Positions 8,539 through 18,800 of a DNA stretch of 25,822 bases are shown here, one piece after another (position 1 is the first letter of the stretch; each line of letters starts with the position of its first letter). The position numbers and the translations under genes were made by a program. The notes under the pieces were generated by a model that was not told the origin of the DNA, made no database searches, and saw only the letters and a program-made list of their open reading frames with translations. The stretch comes from a virus (lineage: Duplodnaviria; Caudoviricetes): positions 1 to 25,822 of IMG/VR virus record IMGVR_UViG_3300044643_001654, one strand, 5' to 3'.

Positions 8539-8703
8539 ATGAATAAAATATACCGATATTTTAGAAAAGTTTTCCACGGCTACGAGCTGACCCGCGAGAC
8601 GCATGAAATGCAAGAATTGGAGGGCGATGAATCTCGATTAGAAGAATGCTCGCCTACGCTTTCCAGAGTGATCATTTCGGGGGAGGAAGAAGAGAATCCA
8701 TGA
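8539..8703 (+). CDS. hypothetical protein, 54 aa
   Basis: ATG 4 nt after the upstream stop (MNKIYRYF...EEEENP), and the stop overlaps the next ATG. Start revised from 8476. Confidence 0.55.
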   Translation: MNKIYRYFRKVFHGYELTRETHEMQELEGDESRLEECSPTLSRVIISGEEEENP

Positions 8704-9080
8704 GCGACCTGAGCAAGCATTTCGTGGTGCTCCTCGCTGTCTGCCTAAACGCCTGCACCTCGACTCCGCGCAATGTAGAGCAATGGATGGCCCGCGAGCG
8801 CAATGCCTGCCTGCCGACAGCGGTCGCCATGACACAGGGTCTAAACCGCCAAGGCATCCAAGCCCGTGTCGTGCGCTACAGCTACACCCGCGATGGTCGG
8901 CCAGTCGGCCATGCAATCACAGCCTACCTCTATCCGCCGGGCAGCAACACACTCTACACCTACGACTACGAAGGATCGTGGCGCACCCGCGCCTATTGGG
9001 CCGACCCAACGGGCATCGCCGCCGCTGCCGAACGCCTACGCGGGCGCAGTGCGCCAATCATCACCGCTGAATTCTTATAA
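8700..9080 (+). CDS. predicted lipoprotein with a transglutaminase/papain-like Cys-His-Asp arrangement
   Basis: From ATG 8700: hydrophobic stretch and lipobox-like LNAC, then NACLP...GIQARVV...GHAIT...YTYD. Confidence 0.6.
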   Translation: MSDLSKHFVVLLAVCLNACTSTPRNVEQWMARERNACLPTAVAMTQGLNRQGIQARVVRYSYTRDGRPVGHAITAYLYPPGSNTLYTYDYEGSWRTRAYWADPTGIAAAAERLRGRSAPIITAEFL

Positions 9081-9084
9081 TACC

Positions 9085-9354
9085 ATGGAACAAAACCTCA
9101 TCGACGCGACAAACTTCGCCGCCGGTCAATCCGACCGCTGGCTATTCGTCGCACTCCTCATCATCGGGATATCGGCTATCGGGATTCTGTTCCGATATTT
9201 CACGGCTCGCTTGGACACCCTGCAAGACCGCATGGATGGCCAGACCGCTGAGTTTGTCGCGCACCTCAAGACCGCCAACCAAGAAATGCTTGCCGTCATC
9301 GCCAGCGCCAAAGCGGTGATCGAGCGAGTCGAGCGCAAGTTGGAGTCAAAATAA
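9085..9354 (+). CDS. single-pass membrane protein with coiled-coil tail (holin-like), 89 aa
   Basis: From ATG 9085: WLFVALLIIGISAIGILF transmembrane segment and helical C-terminus ending IERVERKLESK. Confidence 0.6.
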   Translation: MEQNLIDATNFAAGQSDRWLFVALLIIGISAIGILFRYFTARLDTLQDRMDGQTAEFVAHLKTANQEMLAVIASAKAVIERVERKLESK

Positions 9355-9355
9355 G

Positions 9356-12300
9356 ATGCCGAAGTTCGATTTCTATCCCTCATTCAATGCCGGTGAAGTC
9401 TCGCCCTTCATCGACGCCCGGACGAGCTTGGAGAAATACCGCAGCGCCTGCCGCACGCTGGAGAACTTCCAAATCCTGCCCTACGGCGGCGTCATCCGCC
9501 GACCCGGCACGGAGTTTCGCGGCACGACAAAAAACCCCAACCTCGGCGAAGTCCGCCTCATCGGGTTCAACTTCTCGACTACCACCCGCTTCATCATCGA
9601 AATGGGTGTGGGATACATGCGTTTCTGGAGCGGGGTAACCGGTGTGCCTGTAACCGTGGCCCCACCTGCCGCATGGGAGACTGGCAGCATTTACTTGATC
9701 GGCAACTATGTAACGAGCAGTGGCACGACCTACTACTGCACAAGCGCCCACACCTCCGACGCATTTGCGAGCGATCTCGCCGCAGGCCGATGGGTGGCCC
9801 AGACGATCCTTGAGGTTCCCACCCCCTACACGGGCATGCACCTGCGCGAGATCCAGTTTTCCCAGATCAACGACATCATGTACTTCGCGCACGCGAGCTA
9901 CCCGCCCTACAAGCTCTCGCGACTTGCCGATAACAACTGGACCTTTGAGATCATTGATTGGGACTACCCTCCTCTCCAAGACCGCAACGACACCGATGGG
10001 GTGATCAATGTGACGCAAGGGTCATCAGCGATTCCTCGGTGGGTTGCCGGGACGACATACGCAGCAGGCGAATATGTTCAACCTCCAGCATGGACCCAAA
10101 ATACGTCTTATGTCGTAGGAGACATCGTCGAAAATGCTTCTGTGGCCTACAAAGCCACAACAAGCCACACCTCCCCGGCATCGTTTGTAGCGACAAACTG
10201 GACGGCCCAAGCCGCAAGCGGGCTATTTCGCTACAAAACGCTTGTCGCTCATAAAGCAGGGACAAGGTTCGGGACTGATGCAAATGATCTTAAGTTCAGT
10301 TCGCTACCTCTCCCACTTAACCGCATGGGTCGCCATGTCATCAGCGCCCCCGCCAACACATTCAGCTCGGTTTTGGTAGGCCAAAAAATGGAACTCAAAT
10401 GGCCTACCTCCTACACTGGCTTCGGATCAAGCGGAGTTTCGGTCATCGGACAAAGTGCAGAGATATCTGTCGATATAACCCAAGACACCTCAAGCAGATT
10501 GAGTGAAATCGAAGGCGAGTGGGACTTGATCACAAGCGGAAAATGGAATGCAACAATTCAAATCCTGCGAATAGACAGGTCTAAAACGGGCGTTGTGGTA
10601 GCCACGGCCACGCGCAGCGGAAGCACGGTCTCGGTCTACCATCCTAACCACGGGTGGAGTGATGGTGATGCCATCAGCGTTGGGTCTGATCCGGGAATCA
10701 CTGCCACGCCATACTACACACGCGAAGCCAACATCGCGGTGACAGGCACGCATACCTACACCTACACAACACCCGACGCCACCAACACGGGAACCATCGG
10801 CATTTCCCCAGTCAATCTGACCAAAGCTGAGGTGGTGGCCGAGTTCACCCGCGACACGAACTTAGCTGGAGATGCCAACATCATCTATGCTGGAACTCAG
10901 ACAAGGCAGGCATCGATTATGATTCGGGTCATCAACTGGAGTGCCAGCACGAATACCCCAGCAATACCAGTCGCACGCATCCAACCACGCAAATCCGAAT
11001 CTGGTGGATTCGCCACCATTCTACAGGTCTACAGCGGTTCGTCGGCACTCATTCGCGTGGATTCATATCTTGGCACAAATAGGCATCACTTGCAGGCCAA
11101 TACAAAACTCTGGTCGCTCCCGGCTTTTTTCTCTGGGAACTATCCGCGCACGGTCGCGCTCCACGAACAACGCATCTTTTGGTCTGGCACATCTCGCGAG
11201 CCGGTCACCCTATGGGGAAGCGAAATCGATAATTTCGAGAACTTCAAGATTGGCGCAAATGCAAGCGACTCAGTGAAGATCACCTTGGCGGCGTCCGAGG
11301 GCAATCGAATCAACTGGCTATATTCTCAACAAAATTCGCTTCTCGTTGGAACAAGCGGCGACGAGTGGACCGTCAGCGCAGCCGATTCTGCGTCCACCCT
11401 TTCGGCAACCAACCTTGAGGCCAAGCGGCAATCAGCCTACGGCGGGAAATACCTTCGCGCCGTCATCGTCAACGATGTCCTGCTTTTTGTTCAGCGCAAC
11501 GGGCGCAAACTCCGTGAACTCGTCTACGAACTCAACAAGGACGGATGGGTCGCGCCGGATTTGACCCTTCTTGCCGAACACATCACCAACGGAGAGATCA
11601 TGGAGCTTGCATACCAGCAGCAACCCGATGCCGTGTTGTGGTGCGTACGCGGCGATGGCACGCTCATTGGCATGACCTATGAGCGCGACCAGAAGGTTGT
11701 CGGCTGGCATCGCCACACCATCGCCGACAATGCCGAGGTTGAGTCCGTGGCGACCATCTACGGTAACGGCACGGAGGACGAAGTCTGGATGGTCGTCAAG
11801 CGCACCGTCTCCGGGCAGGACTACCGCACCATCGAGCGGTTCCCGCTCCTCTGGCGCAAATACCTCGATGACCAGACCGCCAACTCATGGCGTTACCTCG
11901 ATGGATGGTCCGCCTTTGCCTCCGGCGCAGCAGGCCGCTCAATCTCCGGCCTCGACCGCTTCAATGGCAAGACGGTCACCGTCATGCAGGAGGGGCAAGC
12001 TCCCATCACCCGCACGGTCGCCAGCGGAGCAATCACCGTTCCTGCCGCAGCCGCAGGCTATGTCGGCCTGCCCTACACCTCGACGCTCACACCCATGAAG
12101 CTCGATATGGACCTTGAAGACGGTTCCTCCCAAGGCCGCAAGAAGCGCATCCACAAAATCATCGCCCGCCTCTACAAGAGCCGGGGAGGGGAGGTCCGCA
12201 CCAACAACGGCGATTGGTATGCCCTCGCCGACACGCTCTCCACCGGCGACCAGAAAATGATTCTCGCCGGTGCGTTTGGAATCGACGCAGATGTCACCTT

Positions 12301-12373
12301 GAGGCAAACTGCACCTTATCCAATGGCCGTCATCGCCCTTCAACCTGTGTGGGATACTTTCGGAAATGAGTGA
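9356..12373 (+). CDS. tail nozzle (tail tubular protein B/gp12-like) with inserted domains
   Basis: SFNAGEVSP....R, PYGGVIRRPGT, YPRTV..HEQR, FVQRNGRKLRE, DLT.LAEHI, V.GWHRH and VGLPYTS motifs. Confidence 0.88.
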   Translation: MPKFDFYPSFNAGEVSPFIDARTSLEKYRSACRTLENFQILPYGGVIRRPGTEFRGTTKNPNLGEVRLIGFNFSTTTRFIIEMGVGYMRFWSGVTGVPVTVAPPAAWETGSIYLIGNYVTSSGTTYYCTSAHTSDAFASDLAAGRWVAQTILEVPTPYTGMHLREIQFSQINDIMYFAHASYPPYKLSRLADNNWTFEIIDWDYPPLQDRNDTDGVINVTQGSSAIPRWVAGTTYAAGEYVQPPAWTQNTSYVVGDIVENASVAYKATTSHTSPASFVATNWTAQAASGLFRYKTLVAHKAGTRFGTDANDLKFSSLPLPLNRMGRHVISAPANTFSSVLVGQKMELKWPTSYTGFGSSGVSVIGQSAEISVDITQDTSSRLSEIEGEWDLITSGKWNATIQILRIDRSKTGVVVATATRSGSTVSVYHPNHGWSDGDAISVGSDPGITATPYYTREANIAVTGTHTYTYTTPDATNTGTIGISPVNLTKAEVVAEFTRDTNLAGDANIIYAGTQTRQASIMIRVINWSASTNTPAIPVARIQPRKSESGGFATILQVYSGSSALIRVDSYLGTNRHHLQANTKLWSLPAFFSGNYPRTVALHEQRIFWSGTSREPVTLWGSEIDNFENFKIGANASDSVKITLAASEGNRINWLYSQQNSLLVGTSGDEWTVSAADSASTLSATNLEAKRQSAYGGKYLRAVIVNDVLLFVQRNGRKLRELVYELNKDGWVAPDLTLLAEHITNGEIMELAYQQQPDAVLWCVRGDGTLIGMTYERDQKVVGWHRHTIADNAEVESVATIYGNGTEDEVWMVVKRTVSGQDYRTIERFPLLWRKYLDDQTANSWRYLDGWSAFASGAAGRSISGLDRFNGKTVTVMQEGQAPITRTVASGAITVPAAAAGYVGLPYTSTLTPMKLDMDLEDGSSQGRKKRIHKIIARLYKSRGGEVRTNNGDWYALADTLSTGDQKMILAGAFGIDADVTLRQTAPYPMAVIALQPVWDTFGNE

Positions 12374-12779
12374 GATTTTTCCAGCTCTCAAAATGTTCGA
12401 TCCAGAAACGGATTACCCCATTGTCAAAGAATGGTGGGTAAGCCACGGGTGGAATGCCGTGCCGCTGGCCGTGCTTCCGAAGCTGGGAATCGTAGCTAAC
12501 TTGGACGGCAGTCCCGTTGCCGCCGGGTGGCTTTACATGGACAACAGCATCGGCGTCTCAATGATGGAGTGGGTCGTTGCCAACCCGGAGGCCAAGCCCA
12601 AATCCGTCTACAGGTCGATCAAGGCCATCGTCGAATTCCTCAAAGGGCAGGCCAAATCCTTTGGATACTCTGTCATGTTGACCACATGCAAACAGGAGTC
12701 GCTGGCGCGGGTTTATGAGAAGACCGGTTTTCAACGCACAGACACGGAAATGATCCACCTTGTGCAAACCTTGAACTGA
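12366..12779 (+). CDS. GNAT-fold acetyltransferase-like protein
   Basis: PVAAGWLY...MEWVVANP...LARVYEKTGF pattern, in the usual position between nozzle and internal virion genes. Confidence 0.7.
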   Translation: MSEIFPALKMFDPETDYPIVKEWWVSHGWNAVPLAVLPKLGIVANLDGSPVAAGWLYMDNSIGVSMMEWVVANPEAKPKSVYRSIKAIVEFLKGQAKSFGYSVMLTTCKQESLARVYEKTGFQRTDTEMIHLVQTLN

Positions 12780-12780
12780 C

Positions 12781-13785
12781 ATGGCATCCGCAACCACCAT
12801 CGCCCTTACGACTGCATCCGTCCTCGCCACAGCCGCCTCGACTGGCATCGCGATGTATTCTGCCGACCAGCAGGCGAAGTCCCAAGCTGCCATTGCGGAC
12901 TACAACCGCCAAGTCAACGAACAAAATGCCGCATGGCAACGCATGGCCGCAGAGCGAGCCGCGCAGAGCGAGCAATACAACGCCCAGCTTGCAATCTTCA
13001 ATGCCCAGTCACAGCAATCGCAAGCCGCTTTCCAGTCACAGATTTCCACCTTCCAAAACGAGCAACTTCGCCAGCAATCGCAGTTCAGCGACATGCAGGC
13101 TCAGATGCAGAGCAACGCCGCTGAACAGATGCGCCAGCAGGCGGACGGGCAAGACCGCCAAGCCAAGGAGCAGGCCGACCGCATCCGCGCCGAGAAGAAC
13201 CGCATCCTCGGTCTCCAGCGCAGCCAGTTCGCCAAGGGTGGAGTCACCACCGAAGGTTCTCCTCTTGCTGTTTTGGCTGATACCGCAAATCTCTACGAGA
13301 TGCAGGTCGCCGACACGCGCCTCCTCGCCAATCTGGAATCCAACAAAAAACGCTACGAGGCGGATGTCACCGATTTCAATGCAGGCATCACCGCGCTGGA
13401 GGGTGGCATGATGCGCGACCAGGCCAAGATCAACGAGTCGGCCATCGGGTTCAACCTCAACCAAGACCTCTTCACCGCAGGCCGGAATCTGGATTCCGCC
13501 CGCATGTCCTTCAATGACGCGCAGTTTGCCGAAAAGGCCGCAGGCGCAGGCTACCGCATCTCCATGCGCCAAGCCGCCATCGAGCAGCAAGCAGGCTACG
13601 CGACCTCCCGCGCCACCCAACTTGGTGGCTACGCCGCCGGAGCCGCTGGAGTCGCCCAGATGGGTCAGATCGGCATGTCCGCCTACGGAAGCTCGAAATC
13701 CAAAGAAGCAGCGAGTGGAGCAACATCACCCGGAGGAGCCTACAACCCATACGCCCAAGTAAGGCGAGCCAAAGCCGTTTCCTAA
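12781..13785 (+). CDS. internal virion (ejection) protein, gp14-like
   Basis: Hydrophobic Ala/Thr N-terminus, Gln/Ala coiled coil, G.QRS.FAKGGV..EGSPL.V motif and Gly/Ala-rich C-terminus. Confidence 0.75.
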   Translation: MASATTIALTTASVLATAASTGIAMYSADQQAKSQAAIADYNRQVNEQNAAWQRMAAERAAQSEQYNAQLAIFNAQSQQSQAAFQSQISTFQNEQLRQQSQFSDMQAQMQSNAAEQMRQQADGQDRQAKEQADRIRAEKNRILGLQRSQFAKGGVTTEGSPLAVLADTANLYEMQVADTRLLANLESNKKRYEADVTDFNAGITALEGGMMRDQAKINESAIGFNLNQDLFTAGRNLDSARMSFNDAQFAEKAAGAGYRISMRQAAIEQQAGYATSRATQLGGYAAGAAGVAQMGQIGMSAYGSSKSKEAASGATSPGGAYNPYAQVRRAKAVS

Positions 13786-13787
13786 CC

Positions 13788-15866
13788 ATGCCAGCCATCC
13801 GACTCGTTGATATCCCAAACGCAGGCCCACAAGCCCTCGGCCCCAGCAATGTGGGCATCTCCGCGCCATCCGTGCCGCGCTTTGCGGTGGACCCACAAGC
13901 CGCGAAGCTCACCGGAGCCGCCATGGTGGATTCCTCCATCGTAACCCGTGGAGCCAAGTCGATGCTCGACCAAACGCTGGAACTCGATGCCTTTTCTCAA
14001 GAAGCCAAAGCCGCTGCAAAATTTGGCGACTCCATACAAGGTATTGGAAATGTCGCTTTTCAGTGGGGTCAAAAATTTGCAGAAGCAAAGGATTACGCAG
14101 ATATCCAGCGTGGGGAGACGATTCTCGCGGTCGCCTCACAAAAACAGAAAGCCGACCAAGCAACTCTCCCAATGGAAAAGTGGGGCGAATCTCTGGCGCG
14201 GAACCAAGAGGAAACCAAAAAGGCGCTTTCAGAAATTCAATTCAGCAACAACGCCGCTGCAAAATTCAACCCGTATTTCGAGAGTTGGTCAGTAAAATCC
14301 GAGGCGTCGATGAATGCGGAATCCCGCATTAAGCAACTGGAACTTGCCAAGACCGACATCAAGGCCAACGCCCTCCGACTCGCCGCCGAGGGCAATTTTG
14401 AAGCCTCTCTTTCCGCTTTCAAGGGTGGGGTGGACAAAGGCGTTTTTACCCAAGAGGACTTCGATAAATTTGGAGCCGACATCCGTGACAACGAAATCCG
14501 TGCCACCGAGGCCATGCAGACTGACCGGATCACCGCTGATATGATGACGGACTGGACGGTCGCCAAGCAGCACCTCACCGAATATGTCAAGACCGCCGGG
14601 GACGCAAAGGACAATGCCCGCATTGATGGCGAATACGGACAGATGCCGATGAGTAAAGTCCGCCGGTTGATGGCACAAGTCGATCAGCAAGGACGGATCA
14701 GCGAGGCGAACAACTACAACATTCTCGCCCAAGCCATCGATTCCAACACCCCGATCCGCGATGCCAACGGGAACGAAATCCTCATCACCGACAAGGACAA
14801 ACTTGAATCAGCACTGGCGTCTTACAAAGTCACCGGCACAGAGTCCAAGAAACGGTTGGAGCGGTTGATCAGCGATGAGGTGAAATATGATGCCAAGAAA
14901 ATCGCCGAAGTGAATGCGCGGTTGGCAACCTACGACCCGGCGACTGACAATGACCTCAGCGAATACGCGACCTTGCAGAACGAAATCGCCGCCAATACAC
15001 CCAAACAGCTTCGCCCGCTTCTCAATGACCGGCTTGCCCAATCGGTCAAAAAATTCAACGCCGATGGGACGCTCAAATCACCAACCGAAAAATGGCAAGG
15101 TGACATAATTAACGGAGTCTGGAATCTTGGAAAATCGGGACTCCTCGGCGATCCCGGAACGGAAAAAACATCCTCCGGCCTTTATGGAGAAAAGATCATC
15201 GACCTGCCAAAACACAATGCCTACTGGGTAAATGTGCTATCTATTCAAAATGGGTTGCGCGATTGGTTTGCTAAACCGGAGAACAAAGACAAAACCGAGG
15301 CTGACGCCATCCAATACCGCGACCAACTTATTGAGCCAAGGCTAAAAGGTAAAGCCCTTGAGTTGTTCAAACAGAAGTCGCCGCCCTCGTTTCTGCCAAG
15401 CTCTGGATGGCAAACACGCATGATGGATCGAGTGGATGCCCCAGCCGCGCCTCCATCTCCAACGCTTGAGCGTGAACAAAAAATGCGAGAAAAGGCTCAG
15501 TCCACCAAGGCCGAAGGTAAGGTGACCCACTACAACTTCCCTGGCGATCCGTATTCCGACTCCAATTCCCGCAACCGCATCGGCGCGTGGAACAACACCC
15601 TCGACGAAAATTCCCTCGCCATCTCGCCCGACATCGAGCGCAAATTCAAAGCCGCCGGGATCGGTAAGGGCGACCCTGTGGAACTCACGCTCGCCGATGG
15701 GTCCACCGTGATCCGCAACTGGGACGACCGCACGATGCAGGACGAGCAGGCTATCAAAAAATTTGGCAAGCCCCTCACCGGACGCTTCGACTTCCACAGC
15801 CCCGGCGGCAAACAGAAGAACGATGGCATGGCTGTCGTCTCATTCCGCAAAGCCACCAACGCCTAA
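13788..15866 (+). CDS. internal virion protein (gp15-like) with C-terminal putative double-psi beta-barrel (RlpA/3D-like) lytic domain
   Basis: Helical body. After a Pro-rich linker: GKVTHY...SLAISPD...GDPVEL...WDDRT...GRFDFH. Confidence 0.65.
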   Translation: MPAIRLVDIPNAGPQALGPSNVGISAPSVPRFAVDPQAAKLTGAAMVDSSIVTRGAKSMLDQTLELDAFSQEAKAAAKFGDSIQGIGNVAFQWGQKFAEAKDYADIQRGETILAVASQKQKADQATLPMEKWGESLARNQEETKKALSEIQFSNNAAAKFNPYFESWSVKSEASMNAESRIKQLELAKTDIKANALRLAAEGNFEASLSAFKGGVDKGVFTQEDFDKFGADIRDNEIRATEAMQTDRITADMMTDWTVAKQHLTEYVKTAGDAKDNARIDGEYGQMPMSKVRRLMAQVDQQGRISEANNYNILAQAIDSNTPIRDANGNEILITDKDKLESALASYKVTGTESKKRLERLISDEVKYDAKKIAEVNARLATYDPATDNDLSEYATLQNEIAANTPKQLRPLLNDRLAQSVKKFNADGTLKSPTEKWQGDIINGVWNLGKSGLLGDPGTEKTSSGLYGEKIIDLPKHNAYWVNVLSIQNGLRDWFAKPENKDKTEADAIQYRDQLIEPRLKGKALELFKQKSPPSFLPSSGWQTRMMDRVDAPAAPPSPTLEREQKMREKAQSTKAEGKVTHYNFPGDPYSDSNSRNRIGAWNNTLDENSLAISPDIERKFKAAGIGKGDPVELTLADGSTVIRNWDDRTMQDEQAIKKFGKPLTGRFDFHSPGGKQKNDGMAVVSFRKATNA

Positions 15867-15872
15867 CTTTCC

Positions 15873-18800
15873 ATGACTGATCTCATCGACGACGCAACAG
15901 CAGATTTATACCTCACAGAAATAGACAAGGTTACTGGTGATGACCGTCTGAAAATGGCGAATGCTTTAGAAAAATACGCCGATAGCCTTGCTGAAAAAAG
16001 ACGCCAACAGACCGACGAACACTTTTCCAAACTCTTCACTGACGAAGCCTATTTCGAGCAAGAGAAGGCGGCTAACACTGCCGTGCAGGAATCCATCGAC
16101 CCCGACCAAACGGCAAAGAGCGCAGCCATTGGCGCATGGCTGGAGCATCACAACGGCAGGCCCATCGACCCCATGTCCTACCAAGTCGAGCGCGATGCCT
16201 TTGCGATGGCAAACTACGGGAAGAAAAACCTCGATGACAATCAACTCTTCGATTTCATCCGTGGCGAATACAATACTCAGAAAAAGAAAACCGAGGCCAT
16301 CAACGACCTCCAAATGCAGGTCGCCGCAAAAGCACTCTCTGACGCGCACCTCGACAGCAATCGTCCATTCTTTGACGGGATTACCAATGAATTCAACCAG
16401 TGGAAAGCGAAGTATCCGGAACTGGTAGACGGCAAGAATGACGCCGCCTTCCTCTCCCAAGGCTACAAACTCTACTACGATGTATTTAACGACATCGAAT
16501 CCGTGCGTGGGAAAGCATCCAAGGCGCTTTCCACGCTCACGGCCTACACCCAAGGCAACGCCACCGACGAGGACATGCAAAGCCTCGCCAACGACTTCGT
16601 CGGCGCTCCACCCGAAGACCGCCAGAAAATCTACAAATATGTGACCCTCGCCGCGCAGGCCGGTCAGATCGACCGCGCCGGGATCGAGCAGTTTGCCATT
16701 AACATGGGGCAAGCCTTCACCCGTGGGTTCGATTTCGTTCCGCAGGGAACGCTCCAAATGCAAGAGGCAGGCGTGAACAACTGGCTGGAGTCCATCCGCA
16801 ACGGAACGCAAATCTGGGTTCCCGCCGATGGCGATCTTACCAAGGCTGTAGTCGGCAACGCTCCCGCCGGAGTCGAGTCCGATGCGTGGCGGCAGGCCAC
16901 CGTGCCGGAGGCCGAGACACTCATCCAGAGTGGCCAGAATGTGCGCGAGTCCTTCAAGGTCGTGCGCGAACTCCGCAATGTCGCCAAGACCGGCGTCGAT
17001 CCGATCCGCCCGGTGATGGAAAAAGGATCAGTCATGGGCGCGGTGGAGGGCGGAGCCTATGGGGTCGCCGGAAGCATCGGATTCCTCGGCGCGACCGCCA
17101 TCAACCCATTTCTCGGTGTCGCAGCCTACCAAGCCAACGAATACGACCGAATCCGCCTTGAGAATCCCGACATGGACATCCGAGCCGCGCAGGGTCTCGC
17201 CCTTGTCGAAGGCACATGGCAGGCCGCGCTCGACCGGGTGCAACTCGCCACCCTGTCCGGCAAGCTCCCGGTGCTTGGCCGGTTCCTCGGCAACATTGAA
17301 AACAACGGCATCCGCCGCACACTCAAGGTCGGAGCATCGGTCGCCGAGCAGTTCGGCCAAGAACTCGCGCAGGACACCGGCACGATTGTCATCGACAACA
17401 TCGCCGCCGCGCTCCGCGAGGATATGCCGGACAAGGATTTTGCCGCCGAGATGGCGAAATACGGGGAGCAGATTCCCGAAACTCTCGCCGCCTCGGTCAT
17501 GTTCGGCCTCGTCGGCGGAGGATTCGCCACCGCCGCTGACCTCGGGGTCACCGAGCAGCAGATGAAAATTGTCGGCATCAACGACAAGAAGATCGCCCGC
17601 ATCAAGCAAGCCACCTCCCCGGAGGAGGCGGATGCGCTCATCCAATCGGCCCTCGAAAGCCGAACCTCCGAGGACATCGAAGCCGGAAAGACCTACGCCC
17701 GCCAAGTCTTCAACGAAGCGCAGAACCCCTCGCCCGAATCTCCAAGGATTAGCCTGGTTGCCGGGCAGGACGGCACCGACGAATACCTCGTCACCGCGCC
17801 GGACGGAAGCGAGATGCTCCGCACCAAAAGCCAGCAGGCTGCTATGGAAGCCGTCACCCAGCACGGACACGCGCAACTTTTGAACAGGCAGTTTGAGGCG
17901 CTATACGAACCCGAAGAACTCCGGCAAATGATCAGCGACCTGTCCAATCAATGGACATCGCAGGCTTCCAAAAACACGCTCGTCATGGAATCCGAAGGCA
18001 TGAATGCCCAGCAAGAGCTGGAGCAACTCCAAGCCGCAGGCAACGCCTCGCAGATTCAAGAACTCCACAACCGGATCGCGAATTCCCCGATGAAGGACAC
18101 GCCTTATGAGCAGATCAACATCCTCGGCAAAGCCAGCGTGGACGATGTCGCGGAGATGGTTTTTCAGCCGCTCATCAAAATCAATCCCAACACCCGCCCG
18201 GAAAACCTGCGCGAGGAAATCCACCACATCGGCGTCAAGGTCGCGATCAAGAACGGCAGCGTCACACTCGACACCTTGCGCGGGTGGCTCGACGCTACCG
18301 AAAAAGCCCTTCCGGGAACCTTCCAGAACCTTGTCAGAGATTCGGAAGGCGACATCGTCGAATCGCTCGCTCAAGTGCAAGCCGCCTACGAGAACGGCAA
18401 AATCAACGCCGACGAGGAAACCAAGCTCCCGCCTTCGTTCATTGGTTACATCAAAAACATGATGCGGACTTTGGCCGAGGTCTTGCGTCGAGCAGTCGCC
18501 CTGCGCGGAGCCTTCAAGGACGGCGCTCTCCCGGCTGAATACGAGACCTTCCTCGCCGACTCGGTTGGCCTCAACCAGCAGGCGCGTGTGGACACCGCCC
18601 GCGAGCGGGCAGGCGGCGAACTTACTCAAGGGCTTTTCAATTACTCGATTGGTCAACGAGTTTTGACTGATACTGTTCCATTCAAGGGATGGTTCGGAGA
18701 TTGGAAAGTCGATCCAACAACGGCATCCAAGGTGGTCGATTCCGATGGCAAGCCGATGGTGGTTTACCACGGAACGCAAAGGCCGGATCGCGTAGGAGAC

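Noticed and set aside
8476-9084. ORF-track starts at 8476, 8646 and 8866
   Set aside because: They overlap upstream genes. Starts at 8539, 8700 and 9085 give tight coupling and sensible N-termini.
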